This document shows positions 28,166 to 36,230 of a DNA stretch of 45,418 nucleotides, piece by piece (position 1 is the stretch's first letter; every line of letters begins with the position of its first letter). The position numbers and the translations under genes were made by a program. The notes under the pieces are model-generated. The model was not told the origin of the DNA. It searched no databases and saw only the letters and a program-made list of their open reading frames with translations. The DNA is taken from assembly GCA_038128265.1 (NCBI GenBank), contig JAYPJE010000034.1, positions 1 through 45,418 of the forward strand. The letters are read 5' to 3'. This DNA comes from Gemmatimonadota bacterium (GTDB lineage Bacteria; Latescibacterota; UBA2968; UBA8231).

Positions 28166-29338
28166 TCAGCCGCCGACGGCGCTTTGCGCAGCCACCACGT
28201 CGGCACCGCGGTGGCGCAGCGCAAATTCCGCGAGGCCCGCGATCACGCGCTCTTGCTGTTCGGCACGCAGGTGCGGTGCCAAGGGCAGCGTGAGTATGCG
28301 CAGCCACTCGCGCTCGACGACCGGCAGGGGCTCCGTTCGGTACGGCGCGTACACGGGGAGCAGGTGGTTGGGATAGAAGTGCACCGCCGACTCGATGCCC
28401 CGGGCCGCGAGAAAGTCGCACAACTCCTCGCGTTCGTCCAGGCGCACCACCATGCTATAGCAGGCGCTTTCACCGTATTCTTTCAGGACCAGCGGTTCGA
28501 TGCCGTCTATTTGGGACAGGGCCTCGTGATAGCGCCCGACGTGCTGACGACGCAGCGCATTGCCGCGCTCCAGTTTGTCCAACTGCACCAGCCCGAGCGC
28601 GGCGGCGATGTCGTTCATGCAGTATTTAAAACCCACTTCTTCGACGTCGTACTCCCAGGCGCGACCGACGTGTCCGTTGTTAAAGCGCGACCACGTATCG
28701 CGGGAAATGCCCATCCAGCGCAGCTTGCGCACGCGGTCAGCCAGCGCATCGTCGTCGGTGACCAGCATGCCGCCATCGCCGGTAGACAGATTCTTTTTTG
28801 ACTCAAAGCTGAAGCAGCCGATTTTGCCGAAGCTGCCGACCTTCTGCCCCCTGTACGTCGCCCCACAGGCCTGCGCCGCGTCTTCTATGAGCAGCAATCC
28901 GTGGCGGTCGGCCAGCGCGCGCAGCTCATCCATGCGGCAGGGATGACCACCGTAGTGCACGGCGAGAATAGCCTTGGTATTGGGCGTGATGCGGCGCTCG
29001 GCGTCCTCCACGTCCAGATTCATGGTGTCCGCTTCGATATCGCAAAATACCGGGCGAGCACACGACAGCAGAATGGCGTGATTGGAAGCGACAAAAGTCA
29101 TCGGCGTGGTGAGGACCTCGCCGCCGGCTACGTCGCTGACGAGAAAAGCAAGGTGCAGCGCAGCCGTGCAAGAGTTGAGGGCAATGGCGTGTTTGACGCC
29201 TATGTATTCGGCGAAGCGCTCCTCAAATTGGCGCGCCAGCGGCCCGTAGCCCAACCAGCCAGTTTGCAGAGGTTGGTGCAGCGCCTTGTGCTCTTCTTCG
29301 TCATACCAGGGTTTAAAAATCTGAATTGTATCCGCCAA
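28166..29338 (-). CDS. DegT/DnrJ/EryC1/StrS PLP-dependent sugar aminotransferase
   Basis: Motifs NSCTAALHLA, TFVAS, VHYGG, IEDAAQACG and FSFESKKNLSTGDGG; TTG start with GGAG upstream. Confidence 0.95.
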   Translation of the reverse strand: MADTIQIFKPWYDEEEHKALHQPLQTGWLGYGPLARQFEERFAEYIGVKHAIALNSCTAALHLAFLVSDVAGGEVLTTPMTFVASNHAILLSCARPVFCDIEADTMNLDVEDAERRITPNTKAILAVHYGGHPCRMDELRALADRHGLLLIEDAAQACGATYRGQKVGSFGKIGCFSFESKKNLSTGDGGMLVTDDDALADRVRKLRWMGISRDTWSRFNNGHVGRAWEYDVEEVGFKYCMNDIAAALGLVQLDKLERGNALRRQHVGRYHEALSQIDGIEPLVLKEYGESACYSMVVRLDEREELCDFLAARGIESAVHFYPNHLLPVYAPYRTEPLPVVEREWLRILTLPLAPHLRAEQQERVIAGLAEFALRHRGADVVAAQSAVGG

Positions 29339-29340
29339 AA

Positions 29341-30300
29341 TTATCTCCGAACTTCTTGGAAAGGGCCCGAGTCGGCAGCGTGCGTCCGGCAGAGGCTGCC
29401 GGCGGCAATCTTCCTATAAGCTCGCAGGCGCTGCCGCGCCTCGCTGCGGCGACCCGGACGAGCGATGTACAGCGCGCTCCAAACCAGCGATCGCAGCAGC
29501 ATTTCCACCGGGGTGAGCAGGCGTAAAACGCCTACTTCGAAGCCGTTGAAATGCTTGTCATACCAGTAGAATAAGCTATTGTGACTAATAATCAACATCT
29601 CGCCAAAATTCTGGCGCGTGCTCTGCCCTCCCAGGTGCACAACGCGGCTGAAGGCGTGGTAAAATATCTTCCAGCCCCCTTTGCGGATGCGCAGACACCA
29701 CTCCAGATCCTCGTAGAACATAAAAATGGCCGGATCGAGTCGGCCCACTTGGTTGGCCGCTTCACGCCGCACCAACAAACAGGCTCCCGTAACCCATCCG
29801 ACCTCGCGTATCTGGGCATGGTTCCAGCGACCTAATTTAAAGAAGGGAAATAGCTTATGCAATAATATTTTGTTGGCCATTTCGCTCCAAAACGTCGGCG
29901 CAACGCCGCACGATAGCTGCAGCGAACCGTCCCCATTCAACAGCTTGGCACCCACGGCTCCAGCCGCCGCATTGGCGTCCATAAAATCGACTAAAAGCCC
30001 CAGGGCACCGGGCTCTACGCGCGTGTCGGAATTGAGCAGAAGCCAGTAGGGCGCACGTGCTTGGGACATGGCCAAATTATTGGCCCCGACAAAGCCTTCG
30101 TTTACTTCACGCGGCACCAACAACGCATCGGGAAACGACTCTCGCACCATGGACGCACTGCCATCGGTAGAGGCATTATCGACGACAATAACCTGCCAAT
30201 CCTTCGAATCTGAGTCATCATAAATCGATTCTAAACAATCTCTTAAGAGAATTTTAGTATTCCAATTAACAATGCAAATGGACAGGCGCGGCTCGCTCAT
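29341..30300 (-). CDS. GT2 family glycosyltransferase (WbbL-like)
   Basis: Motifs IVNWNT, VVDNASTDGS, LLLNSDT, WVTGACLLVR, FMFYEDLEWC and VVHLGGQS. Confidence 0.93.
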   Translation of the reverse strand: MSEPRLSICIVNWNTKILLRDCLESIYDDSDSKDWQVIVVDNASTDGSASMVRESFPDALLVPREVNEGFVGANNLAMSQARAPYWLLLNSDTRVEPGALGLLVDFMDANAAAGAVGAKLLNGDGSLQLSCGVAPTFWSEMANKILLHKLFPFFKLGRWNHAQIREVGWVTGACLLVRREAANQVGRLDPAIFMFYEDLEWCLRIRKGGWKIFYHAFSRVVHLGGQSTRQNFGEMLIISHNSLFYWYDKHFNGFEVGVLRLLTPVEMLLRSLVWSALYIARPGRRSEARQRLRAYRKIAAGSLCRTHAADSGPFQEVRR

Positions 30301-31547
30301 CGCAGACCTAGACTGTTCAGACCGTGCAGCGCAGCGTGACGCAGATCATCCTGAGCCAGCCAAATGCTGACATTGACCAGCAAAACGCCGCCGACTACAC
30401 CGAGCCACCGCCGGCGCGACCAGCGCACCCAGACCTCGCTTAAGTAAATGGCCGCAAAAGCGATAAAGAGCGGTTCAAGGGGTAGGCGAAAGCGCGTCGA
30501 CCCGTATAACACGGTGCAGAATACCAGCGTAGAAAGGGCGATAAACGAGGAATACAAGAGCGAGGAACGCCGACGACCGTAGCGCCACATGCCCACAGCG
30601 GCAAAAGGCAGAACCAGCGCAAAAGCGAGGTTGTAGGACGGCCGAAAAGGATAGAAAAAGCGCAGCAGGCGTTCGAACACTAGGCGCGCATAGATCTGAG
30701 GGTGCGCTGCAATAAATTCGCGCCCCTGACGCCACCAGAAGCGGTCGCGTTCCACTTCGGTCGGCATGGCCTCAAAAACCTCTCGGTCAATGCCCCACCC
30801 GCGCTCCTGACGCCAGGCCGGTTCCAGCGCGTTGCTGCGCGCAACGATGAATCCACCGTGCGTGCTAAGCGGCACGAGCGCGCCGTGCACAGCATAGTTG
30901 CGCACCGTCCAAGGCGCGATGACGGTCACGGTTGCCAACGACGCCCACAGGAAGCGGCGCCACCCTGCACGGCCGTCTTGGAAAAGGGCGGTGATAAAAA
31001 GGGCCGGCAGCACCAGCAGCCCCACGGGACGCGCCATGGCCGCCAGGCCAACGGCCGCACCGCCAAGAACGAGCATCTGCCAGCGCCGCCGTTCGTCGCC
31101 TAGCGCCCACAGCGCCAGCAGCACCAAGAAAATAAATAGACACTCGCTCATGATCTCACTGCAAACAGAAACAAGCGGCTCGTAGAGTGTGGCGGCAAGA
31201 GCCGCCGGCCAAGCCGCCGCCGCATGCAGGCGACGGACTACGAGAAACAGCAACAGAACCGTTGCCGCACCGAGCACGGCTTGGGCAACCTGTACCGCGG
31301 CGTGGCTGTATCCCCACGTGCCGTAAACGGCAGCCAAAAAGAGCGGGTAGGTCGGTGGCCGCCATGAGCGCATCGGAAAGCCGTGCCAGTTGTCGTGCGA
31401 TACGTAGCCCTCGCCGTTGAGCACGTTGAGCGCCAGTTCATCGTAGTCGCGCGTATCTTGAGGAGGCACGGGAATGTCCAGTGCCGCATAGGCCAAGCGC
31501 AGGCAGCAGGCAATGATAAAGAGCGCCGAAAGCGGCTTTAGCTGCAT
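30297..31547 (-). CDS. ArnT/PMT-like GT-C membrane glycosyltransferase
   Basis: Multi-TM protein with an acidic loop after TM1 (QDTRDYDELA), RPPTYPLFLA, MSECLF, MARP, PWTVRNY and RFRLP. Confidence 0.8.
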   Translation of the reverse strand: MQLKPLSALFIIACCLRLAYAALDIPVPPQDTRDYDELALNVLNGEGYVSHDNWHGFPMRSWRPPTYPLFLAAVYGTWGYSHAAVQVAQAVLGAATVLLLFLVVRRLHAAAAWPAALAATLYEPLVSVCSEIMSECLFIFLVLLALWALGDERRRWQMLVLGGAAVGLAAMARPVGLLVLPALFITALFQDGRAGWRRFLWASLATVTVIAPWTVRNYAVHGALVPLSTHGGFIVARSNALEPAWRQERGWGIDREVFEAMPTEVERDRFWWRQGREFIAAHPQIYARLVFERLLRFFYPFRPSYNLAFALVLPFAAVGMWRYGRRRSSLLYSSFIALSTLVFCTVLYGSTRFRLPLEPLFIAFAAIYLSEVWVRWSRRRWLGVVGGVLLVNVSIWLAQDDLRHAALHGLNSLGLR

Positions 31548-32818
31548 GGCCCTGCGCTCTCAATCACCTCGTCAAAGCAGTTGGCCAGCACGCGCGTCAG
31601 CGCCCGTCGATGAAAGGGACGCAGAGCCTTTTCGTCGGCTCCCGTCGGCAGTTCACCGCGTTCATGGGCGTCGCATAGTTTGACGAGCGCAGCGCAGACC
31701 GCCTCCACGTCGTCGCCCAGCACGTGCATGCCCGCTTCCATTTCCGCGACCAAACGACCCACTGCACCGCTTCCACCCAGCGATAAAATGGGTCTTCGCA
31801 GCGCCAGGTACTCATACACTTTACTGGGTATATTCGTCGACGTCCATGGTCGCACGTGGTCCACTACCAGCAGCACGTGCGCCGTTTGCTGTATGGCGAG
31901 CGACTCGGCGCGCTCCACTACACCGGCAATATGCACCATACCGCTGTGCTGCAGCGGAGCAGCGGCGGCCTCTTCGTCAGCGCTCAGCGCACCCACCAGC
32001 ACGACGTTGATCCGTTTGGCCCAGCCCTCATCTTCGCGCTGTAGGCGTTCCAACGCGGCAAAGAGCACCTGCGGCGAGCGGCGGGGGTGGCTGTAAGAAA
32101 AAGATCCGGTATGCACCAGGCGCAGCGGGCCCGAAGGCGAGGGCTGCGCGTCCAGGTCGCTCCATTCCCCGTCAAATCCGTTGCTGACAACGCGCACTTT
32201 GTCCGCGTGCTGGGCATAGGTCGTGCGCAGGTAGTCGGCCGCCTCTTGCGAGGCGACGACAACGGCGCTGGCCGAGGCGACTACCCGCCGCTCGATGCGC
32301 GCTTCTACGGCTTTGCGCCTGGTATCTCGCTCCAAATGGGTGTCGAGAGGATCAAAGATCCACGAGTCGCGGAAGTCGGCAACCCACGGCAGGCCCGTTG
32401 CCCGCTGCAGCAGCAGCGCCAGCAGGTGGGCACTAGCGGGTGGAAACGAGCTGTAGATGAGATCGCAGCGATCCGCGCGCAGGTAGCGTAGCCCGCGCAC
32501 AAAGGCCGCGGGCATCCAGCTGACCTGCACGTCGGGCACCAGCAGCGCACGACCAAGTCGACTCAACGCGCCGCGCCGCGTGCGCACGGCCGAATGCGCC
32601 TGGCCCTCGCGCACCTGTCGATTAAATAACCAGCGATAGAGAGAGAGCGGCTCCCATGCGCGCAGGACGTCGCTCCCGCCGCCAAAAGCCGAGGTCGTCA
32701 ACACCTGACAGCAATATCCACAGTCGGGCAAGTAGCGAAGAAAGGCCGCCGTTCGCGCCACGCCGGCCGAACGCGCAGGAGGGTAGTGATAGGCTATGAA
32801 AAGAGCGGAGCGCGACGT
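31538..32818 (-). CDS. GT4 family glycosyltransferase; the N-terminus appears to begin at a non-canonical ACG
   Basis: Motifs PWVADFRDSW, VSNGFD, HTGSF and IPSKVYEYL. The frame extends past the track's GTG (32761) through SALFIAYHYPP to an ACG 8 nt after TAAGGAGG. Confidence 0.85.
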   Translation of the reverse strand, partial: TSRSALFIAYHYPPARSAGVARTAAFLRYLPDCGYCCQVLTTSAFGGGSDVLRAWEPLSLYRWLFNRQVREGQAHSAVRTRRGALSRLGRALLVPDVQVSWMPAAFVRGLRYLRADRCDLIYSSFPPASAHLLALLLQRATGLPWVADFRDSWIFDPLDTHLERDTRRKAVEARIERRVVASASAVVVASQEAADYLRTTYAQHADKVRVVSNGFDGEWSDLDAQPSPSGPLRLVHTGSFSYSHPRRSPQVLFAALERLQREDEGWAKRINVVLVGALSADEEAAAAPLQHSGMVHIAGVVERAESLAIQQTAHVLLVVDHVRPWTSTNIPSKVYEYLALRRPILSLGGSGAVGRLVAEMEAGMHVLGDDVEAVCAALVKLCDAHERGELPTGADEKALRPFHRRALTRVLANCFDEVIESAGPCS

Positions 32819-32875
32819 TGTCGTGCCCTCCTTATAAAAGCACCTGTCTCGCGCGGCCCGCTACCTACTTGATAA

Positions 32876-33067
32876 TCAGCTGCATCCTTCGGTAAACGCG
32901 AGGGATCGGTACGAATTTCTGAGGAAAAATGCCATTTCGGGATCCAGCACTTCTTCGACCAAGCGGTCGTATTCCTCCACGCCCAATTCGCGGGTATAAA
33001 CCGCGCGGAAAAGCGTACTGCTCCTGTCGGAAAGAAGTTGGTCTGTCCACAGCATTTGACGCTGCAT
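32876..33067 (-). CDS. Small hypothetical protein, 63 aa
   Basis: GGAGG-N4-ATG at 33067; MQRQMLWTDQLLSDRSSTLFRAVYTRELGVEEYDRLVEEVLDPEMAFFLRNSYRSLAFTEGCS; co-oriented at the head of the GT cluster. Confidence 0.6.
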   Translation of the reverse strand: MQRQMLWTDQLLSDRSSTLFRAVYTRELGVEEYDRLVEEVLDPEMAFFLRNSYRSLAFTEGCS

Positions 33068-33223
33068 ATCGCCTCCGATCACCAGATGTCCTACCTTCTG
33101 TATCGGTGCGCGCGGCATATCCTTTAAACAAAAGGATGGCGACAAACACCGTCCAATGTACTGAACGACTACAGGGCGTCAACCACAAAGTGCGGTCACC
33201 GCTGCAAATGCGCATTGCCCCTG

Positions 33224-33253
33224 TTGACTTATGTAGTTATGTGCGCTTATTTT
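33224..33253 (+). promoter_or_regulatory. Possible sigma70 promoter for the PTS EIIA gene
   Basis: TTGACT-N18-TATTTT about 30 nt before ATG 33283. Confidence 0.45.
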
Positions 33254-33282
33254 TGCTGAACAACCACTGTGGAGACGGATAC

Positions 33283-33756
33283 ATGACCCTCCTTGACATA
33301 CTTTCACCCGAGTCGACTACGGTTGATCTCAAGGGCGAGACCAAAGAAGAAATCATTGCCGAGCTCGTCGACTCGCTGGCGGTTGGCGACGCAATCAGCG
33401 ATCGGGACAAAGTCCTTCAAGCCGTTCTCGAGCGCGAAAAGATCATGAGCACCGGCATCGGTGATGGCATTGCCATTCCGCACGGCAAATCGGACTCCGT
33501 CGTCAAGCTCGTGGCCGCTCTCGGCACGCAGCGCCGCGGCGTCGACTTTGAGGCTCTCGACGGCGAACCGGCTTACGTATTCTTCCTGCTGGTTTCTCCA
33601 GCCAATGTATCCGGGCCGCACATCAAGGCCCTCGCCCGCATTTCGCGTCTGCTGAAAAATGACGAATTCAAGAAGAAGCTGATTTCAGCCTCTTCTTCCG
33701 CAGAAATTATCGCCGCTATCAAAAGCGAAGAAGAGAACCATCCGAGTTCTTCTTGA
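33283..33756 (+). CDS. PTS EIIA component (fructose/mannitol or PtsN-type, PTS_EIIA_2), 157 aa
   Basis: EREKIMSTGIGDGIAIPHGK with the phospho-His, GVDFEALDGEP and HIKALARISRLL; GGAG RBS before ATG 33283. Confidence 0.93.
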   Translation: MTLLDILSPESTTVDLKGETKEEIIAELVDSLAVGDAISDRDKVLQAVLEREKIMSTGIGDGIAIPHGKSDSVVKLVAALGTQRRGVDFEALDGEPAYVFFLLVSPANVSGPHIKALARISRLLKNDEFKKKLISASSSAEIIAAIKSEEENHPSSS

Positions 33757-33772
33757 TCGCTGAACCACCCCT

Positions 33773-35854
33773 TTGCAGTTTTTAAATCCAGCGGTACTGG
33801 CAGGGCTTGTTGCCGCCCTCATCCCCCTCGCCATACATCTTCTACACAGGGGCCACACGCGGCCCGTTCCCTTTAGCAACATTCAGTTTCTGCGCGCATT
33901 GCACCACGACCGCATGCAAAAGGTGCGCATGCGACAGTGGTTGTTGCTGCTGCTGCGCGTCTTGGCCATCGCACTAATCGTCGCCGCTTTTGCCCGCCCG
34001 ACCTACCACTCCGGTTCGGCTTGGGGAGGACGCGTTGTCCCCGCCGCCGCCGCCGTTCTCTTTGACCAATCCTACAGCACGGCGTACCGCATGCCGTCGG
34101 GCACTTTGGCTGACCAGCAGCGCCTCGCCGTCGGCCAGCTCGCCGAGGTATTTAACGAGCGCGATCGCGTGGCGCTCATTCCCTTTGCCACTACGCCCGT
34201 CGAAGGCCTACCGGCCTCTCCCGACGAGCTGCGCCAATTGGTCGCCGAGCTAACGCCTTCTCAGGAGGCTACCAATCTGACCGGTGCCCTGCGCCAAGCC
34301 GCTAACCATTTAGCGCAATATCCCGAGCTCGACGGCGAACTCTACCTATTTACAGACGGCGCGCGCCACGGATGGAGCGAAGTGCCCCCTGCGCGCGAAT
34401 CCATTGGCGACGCGCGCGTGTACCTGAGCATGCCCGAAGGCATCGAGCGCAGCAACGCCTACGTGGAAAACATCTACTTTTCTCCCTGGATGGCGTCTCC
34501 CAAAAGCGAAATGGTGCTGTATGTAGACGTGCGTAATGACGGCGACGCCCCGCTGCGCAACCACTCCATTGATCTCTTTGTCGATGGCGAGCGCGTGCGC
34601 CGGCGGTCCATCGACTTAGATGCGCAGGGCGCAACGCAGGTCGAACTCCGCTTCACGCCGCGCCGCAGCGGCCGTATCAGCGGCTTTGTCGAGCTTGCTG
34701 ACGACGATTTACCCATCGACAACAGGCGCTACTTCGCCTTTGATGCGCCCGCTGCCATCAACGTGCTCATCCTCGGCACGCAGCCATCGTCCACCTATTA
34801 CGCGCGCCGCGCGCTGGGCGCTGCGGCACTCACCGATGCCGCCCTGAGCATTCGTTCAGGCCAGATCGCCGACCTAAACACAGATGCGTTGGAAAGCGTA
34901 GATTTGCTGCTCCTGTGCGATCTGCAGCGCCTCGATCGAGCGCAGACGCTCACCCTGCGCGACTTTGTCTCCAGCGGCGGCGGCCTCGTCGCCTTTCCCG
35001 CAGTTGGGACGGACCTGAAGTATTTAAACCGCGATTTTCTGCCCGGCATGCTGCCCGTGCGCATGGGCGATATTATCGGCGATGCGGGAGACAAGACGCG
35101 GTTTCACGTCTTTGATACCGAGGCCTATGCGCGCCCGCTCTTCGCCAATTTGCTGACGCAAGAACGGGCCGATGTGGCCCACTTCTTCGCACACTTTTCC
35201 CTGAAAGCGGAAAGTCACCTCGATGCGCTCGCCTACTTTGACGACGGGCAAATCGCCCTTGCGTCGGGTTGGCGCGGTCGAGGGCGTGCCGTGTGGGCAG
35301 CGTTCCCGCTCGACATGCGCTGGAACGATCTGCCGCTACACGGCCTGTTCGCCCCCATGCTCCATCGCCTAGTGCGCGAATTCAGCCAGCGCCCCGGACA
35401 CTACGCGAGCTACGCCGTTGGCACGAGTGCCCATCGCTACCTGAGAGACGTTCCCCTAGACGCGGCCCTGAGCGCCCAATCACCCGACGGCGGAGTGCTG
35501 CGCCTACAGCCCGCTCTTGTCGGCGAACGCTATGTGTGGTCGGTGCCCGCATTGGGCGAGGCAGGCATTTGGCAGCTCAAAGAAAACGGCCGCACCGTCG
35601 ATAGCTTTCCCGTTAATATAGACCCGCGCGAATCCGACCTGCGCACCGTCGAACGGGCTGAGATCGAACGCGTTTTGGGAACCGATGTGCACGTCCTGCA
35701 GCAGGGCGACGAGCTGCGCCTGCAGGTGCTGGGCAATCGCTACGGCCGCGAGCTTTGGCGCGAGTTTGTCGCACTCGCCCTTGTCCTCCTGCTCATCGAA
35801 CTCTGGCTGGGCCGCGCGCCGCGCGCCGCAGCACCTGTGGCACAGACGGCATAA
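33773..35854 (+). CDS. BatA N-terminal TM + vWA domain membrane protein
   Basis: BatA-type start MQFLNP...IPLAIHLL...PF...FL and LLLLLR...AFARP; MIDAS DQSYS plus FTDG; DNRRY; PRESDL; C-terminal TM ELW...LLLIELWL. Confidence 0.88.
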   Translation: MQFLNPAVLAGLVAALIPLAIHLLHRGHTRPVPFSNIQFLRALHHDRMQKVRMRQWLLLLLRVLAIALIVAAFARPTYHSGSAWGGRVVPAAAAVLFDQSYSTAYRMPSGTLADQQRLAVGQLAEVFNERDRVALIPFATTPVEGLPASPDELRQLVAELTPSQEATNLTGALRQAANHLAQYPELDGELYLFTDGARHGWSEVPPARESIGDARVYLSMPEGIERSNAYVENIYFSPWMASPKSEMVLYVDVRNDGDAPLRNHSIDLFVDGERVRRRSIDLDAQGATQVELRFTPRRSGRISGFVELADDDLPIDNRRYFAFDAPAAINVLILGTQPSSTYYARRALGAAALTDAALSIRSGQIADLNTDALESVDLLLLCDLQRLDRAQTLTLRDFVSSGGGLVAFPAVGTDLKYLNRDFLPGMLPVRMGDIIGDAGDKTRFHVFDTEAYARPLFANLLTQERADVAHFFAHFSLKAESHLDALAYFDDGQIALASGWRGRGRAVWAAFPLDMRWNDLPLHGLFAPMLHRLVREFSQRPGHYASYAVGTSAHRYLRDVPLDAALSAQSPDGGVLRLQPALVGERYVWSVPALGEAGIWQLKENGRTVDSFPVNIDPRESDLRTVERAEIERVLGTDVHVLQQGDELRLQVLGNRYGRELWREFVALALVLLLIELWLGRAPRAAAPVAQTA

Positions 35855-35882
35855 AAAAAGCCCCTCTCTATGCGAGAGGGGC
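35853..35882 (-). terminator. Intrinsic terminator of the long minus-strand operon (between convergent genes)
   Basis: Stem GCCCCTCTC-TATGC-GAGAGGGGC (35860-35882) preceded by A7, i.e. a U-tract on the minus strand. Confidence 0.85.
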
Positions 35883-35901
35883 GCGCAAAACACCGGTGCT
35901 T

Positions 35902-36228
35902 TCAGCCAACGGTTTCATCCAGTTCGCGAAAGAAATCAAAGGTGTATATGCCGTGATCGTGCCCGTCGGCCCATTCAATGCGCAGTCCATAGCGCCCGAC
36001 AAAGTCGACGCGACGCGCCTCAGCCGTGGCCGAAGCGGCCTCGCCGCTGAGCAGGTTGAGCTCTTCGCTATTTTCACGTGCTTCGCGGCATACCGCACAC
36101 GGGCAGGAACGACGCAGTCCGTCCAAGTCGTAGCGACTCCGCGTGCCGTCGTTCCAGCGCACGCTGAGCATCCCCTCCTCGGCAAGCAGCTCGATACCGT
36201 GCGGCTTTTTCTTGCGCTTACCCAGCAT
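35902..36228 (-). CDS. DUF971 / gamma-butyrobetaine hydroxylase-like N-terminal metal-binding domain protein
   Basis: Motifs W.DG...Y, LRRSCPCAVC and VGRYGLRIEWADGHDHGIYTF. Confidence 0.9.
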   Translation of the reverse strand: MLGKRKKKPHGIELLAEEGMLSVRWNDGTRSRYDLDGLRRSCPCAVCREARENSEELNLLSGEAASATAEARRVDFVGRYGLRIEWADGHDHGIYTFDFFRELDETVG

Positions 36229-36230
36229 AC

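Noticed and set aside
29800..30300. Locally AT-richer stretch in the GT2 gene as a sign of horizontal transfer
   Set aside because: It is short, has no integrase, IS or flanking repeats, and I cannot quantify GC or codon bias by eye.
16660..33756. Functional link between sixA and the PTS EIIA gene (E. coli SixA acts on NPr of the nitrogen PTS)
   Set aside because: They are 16 kb apart in separate transcription units, and no HPr/NPr or EI gene is in the window.
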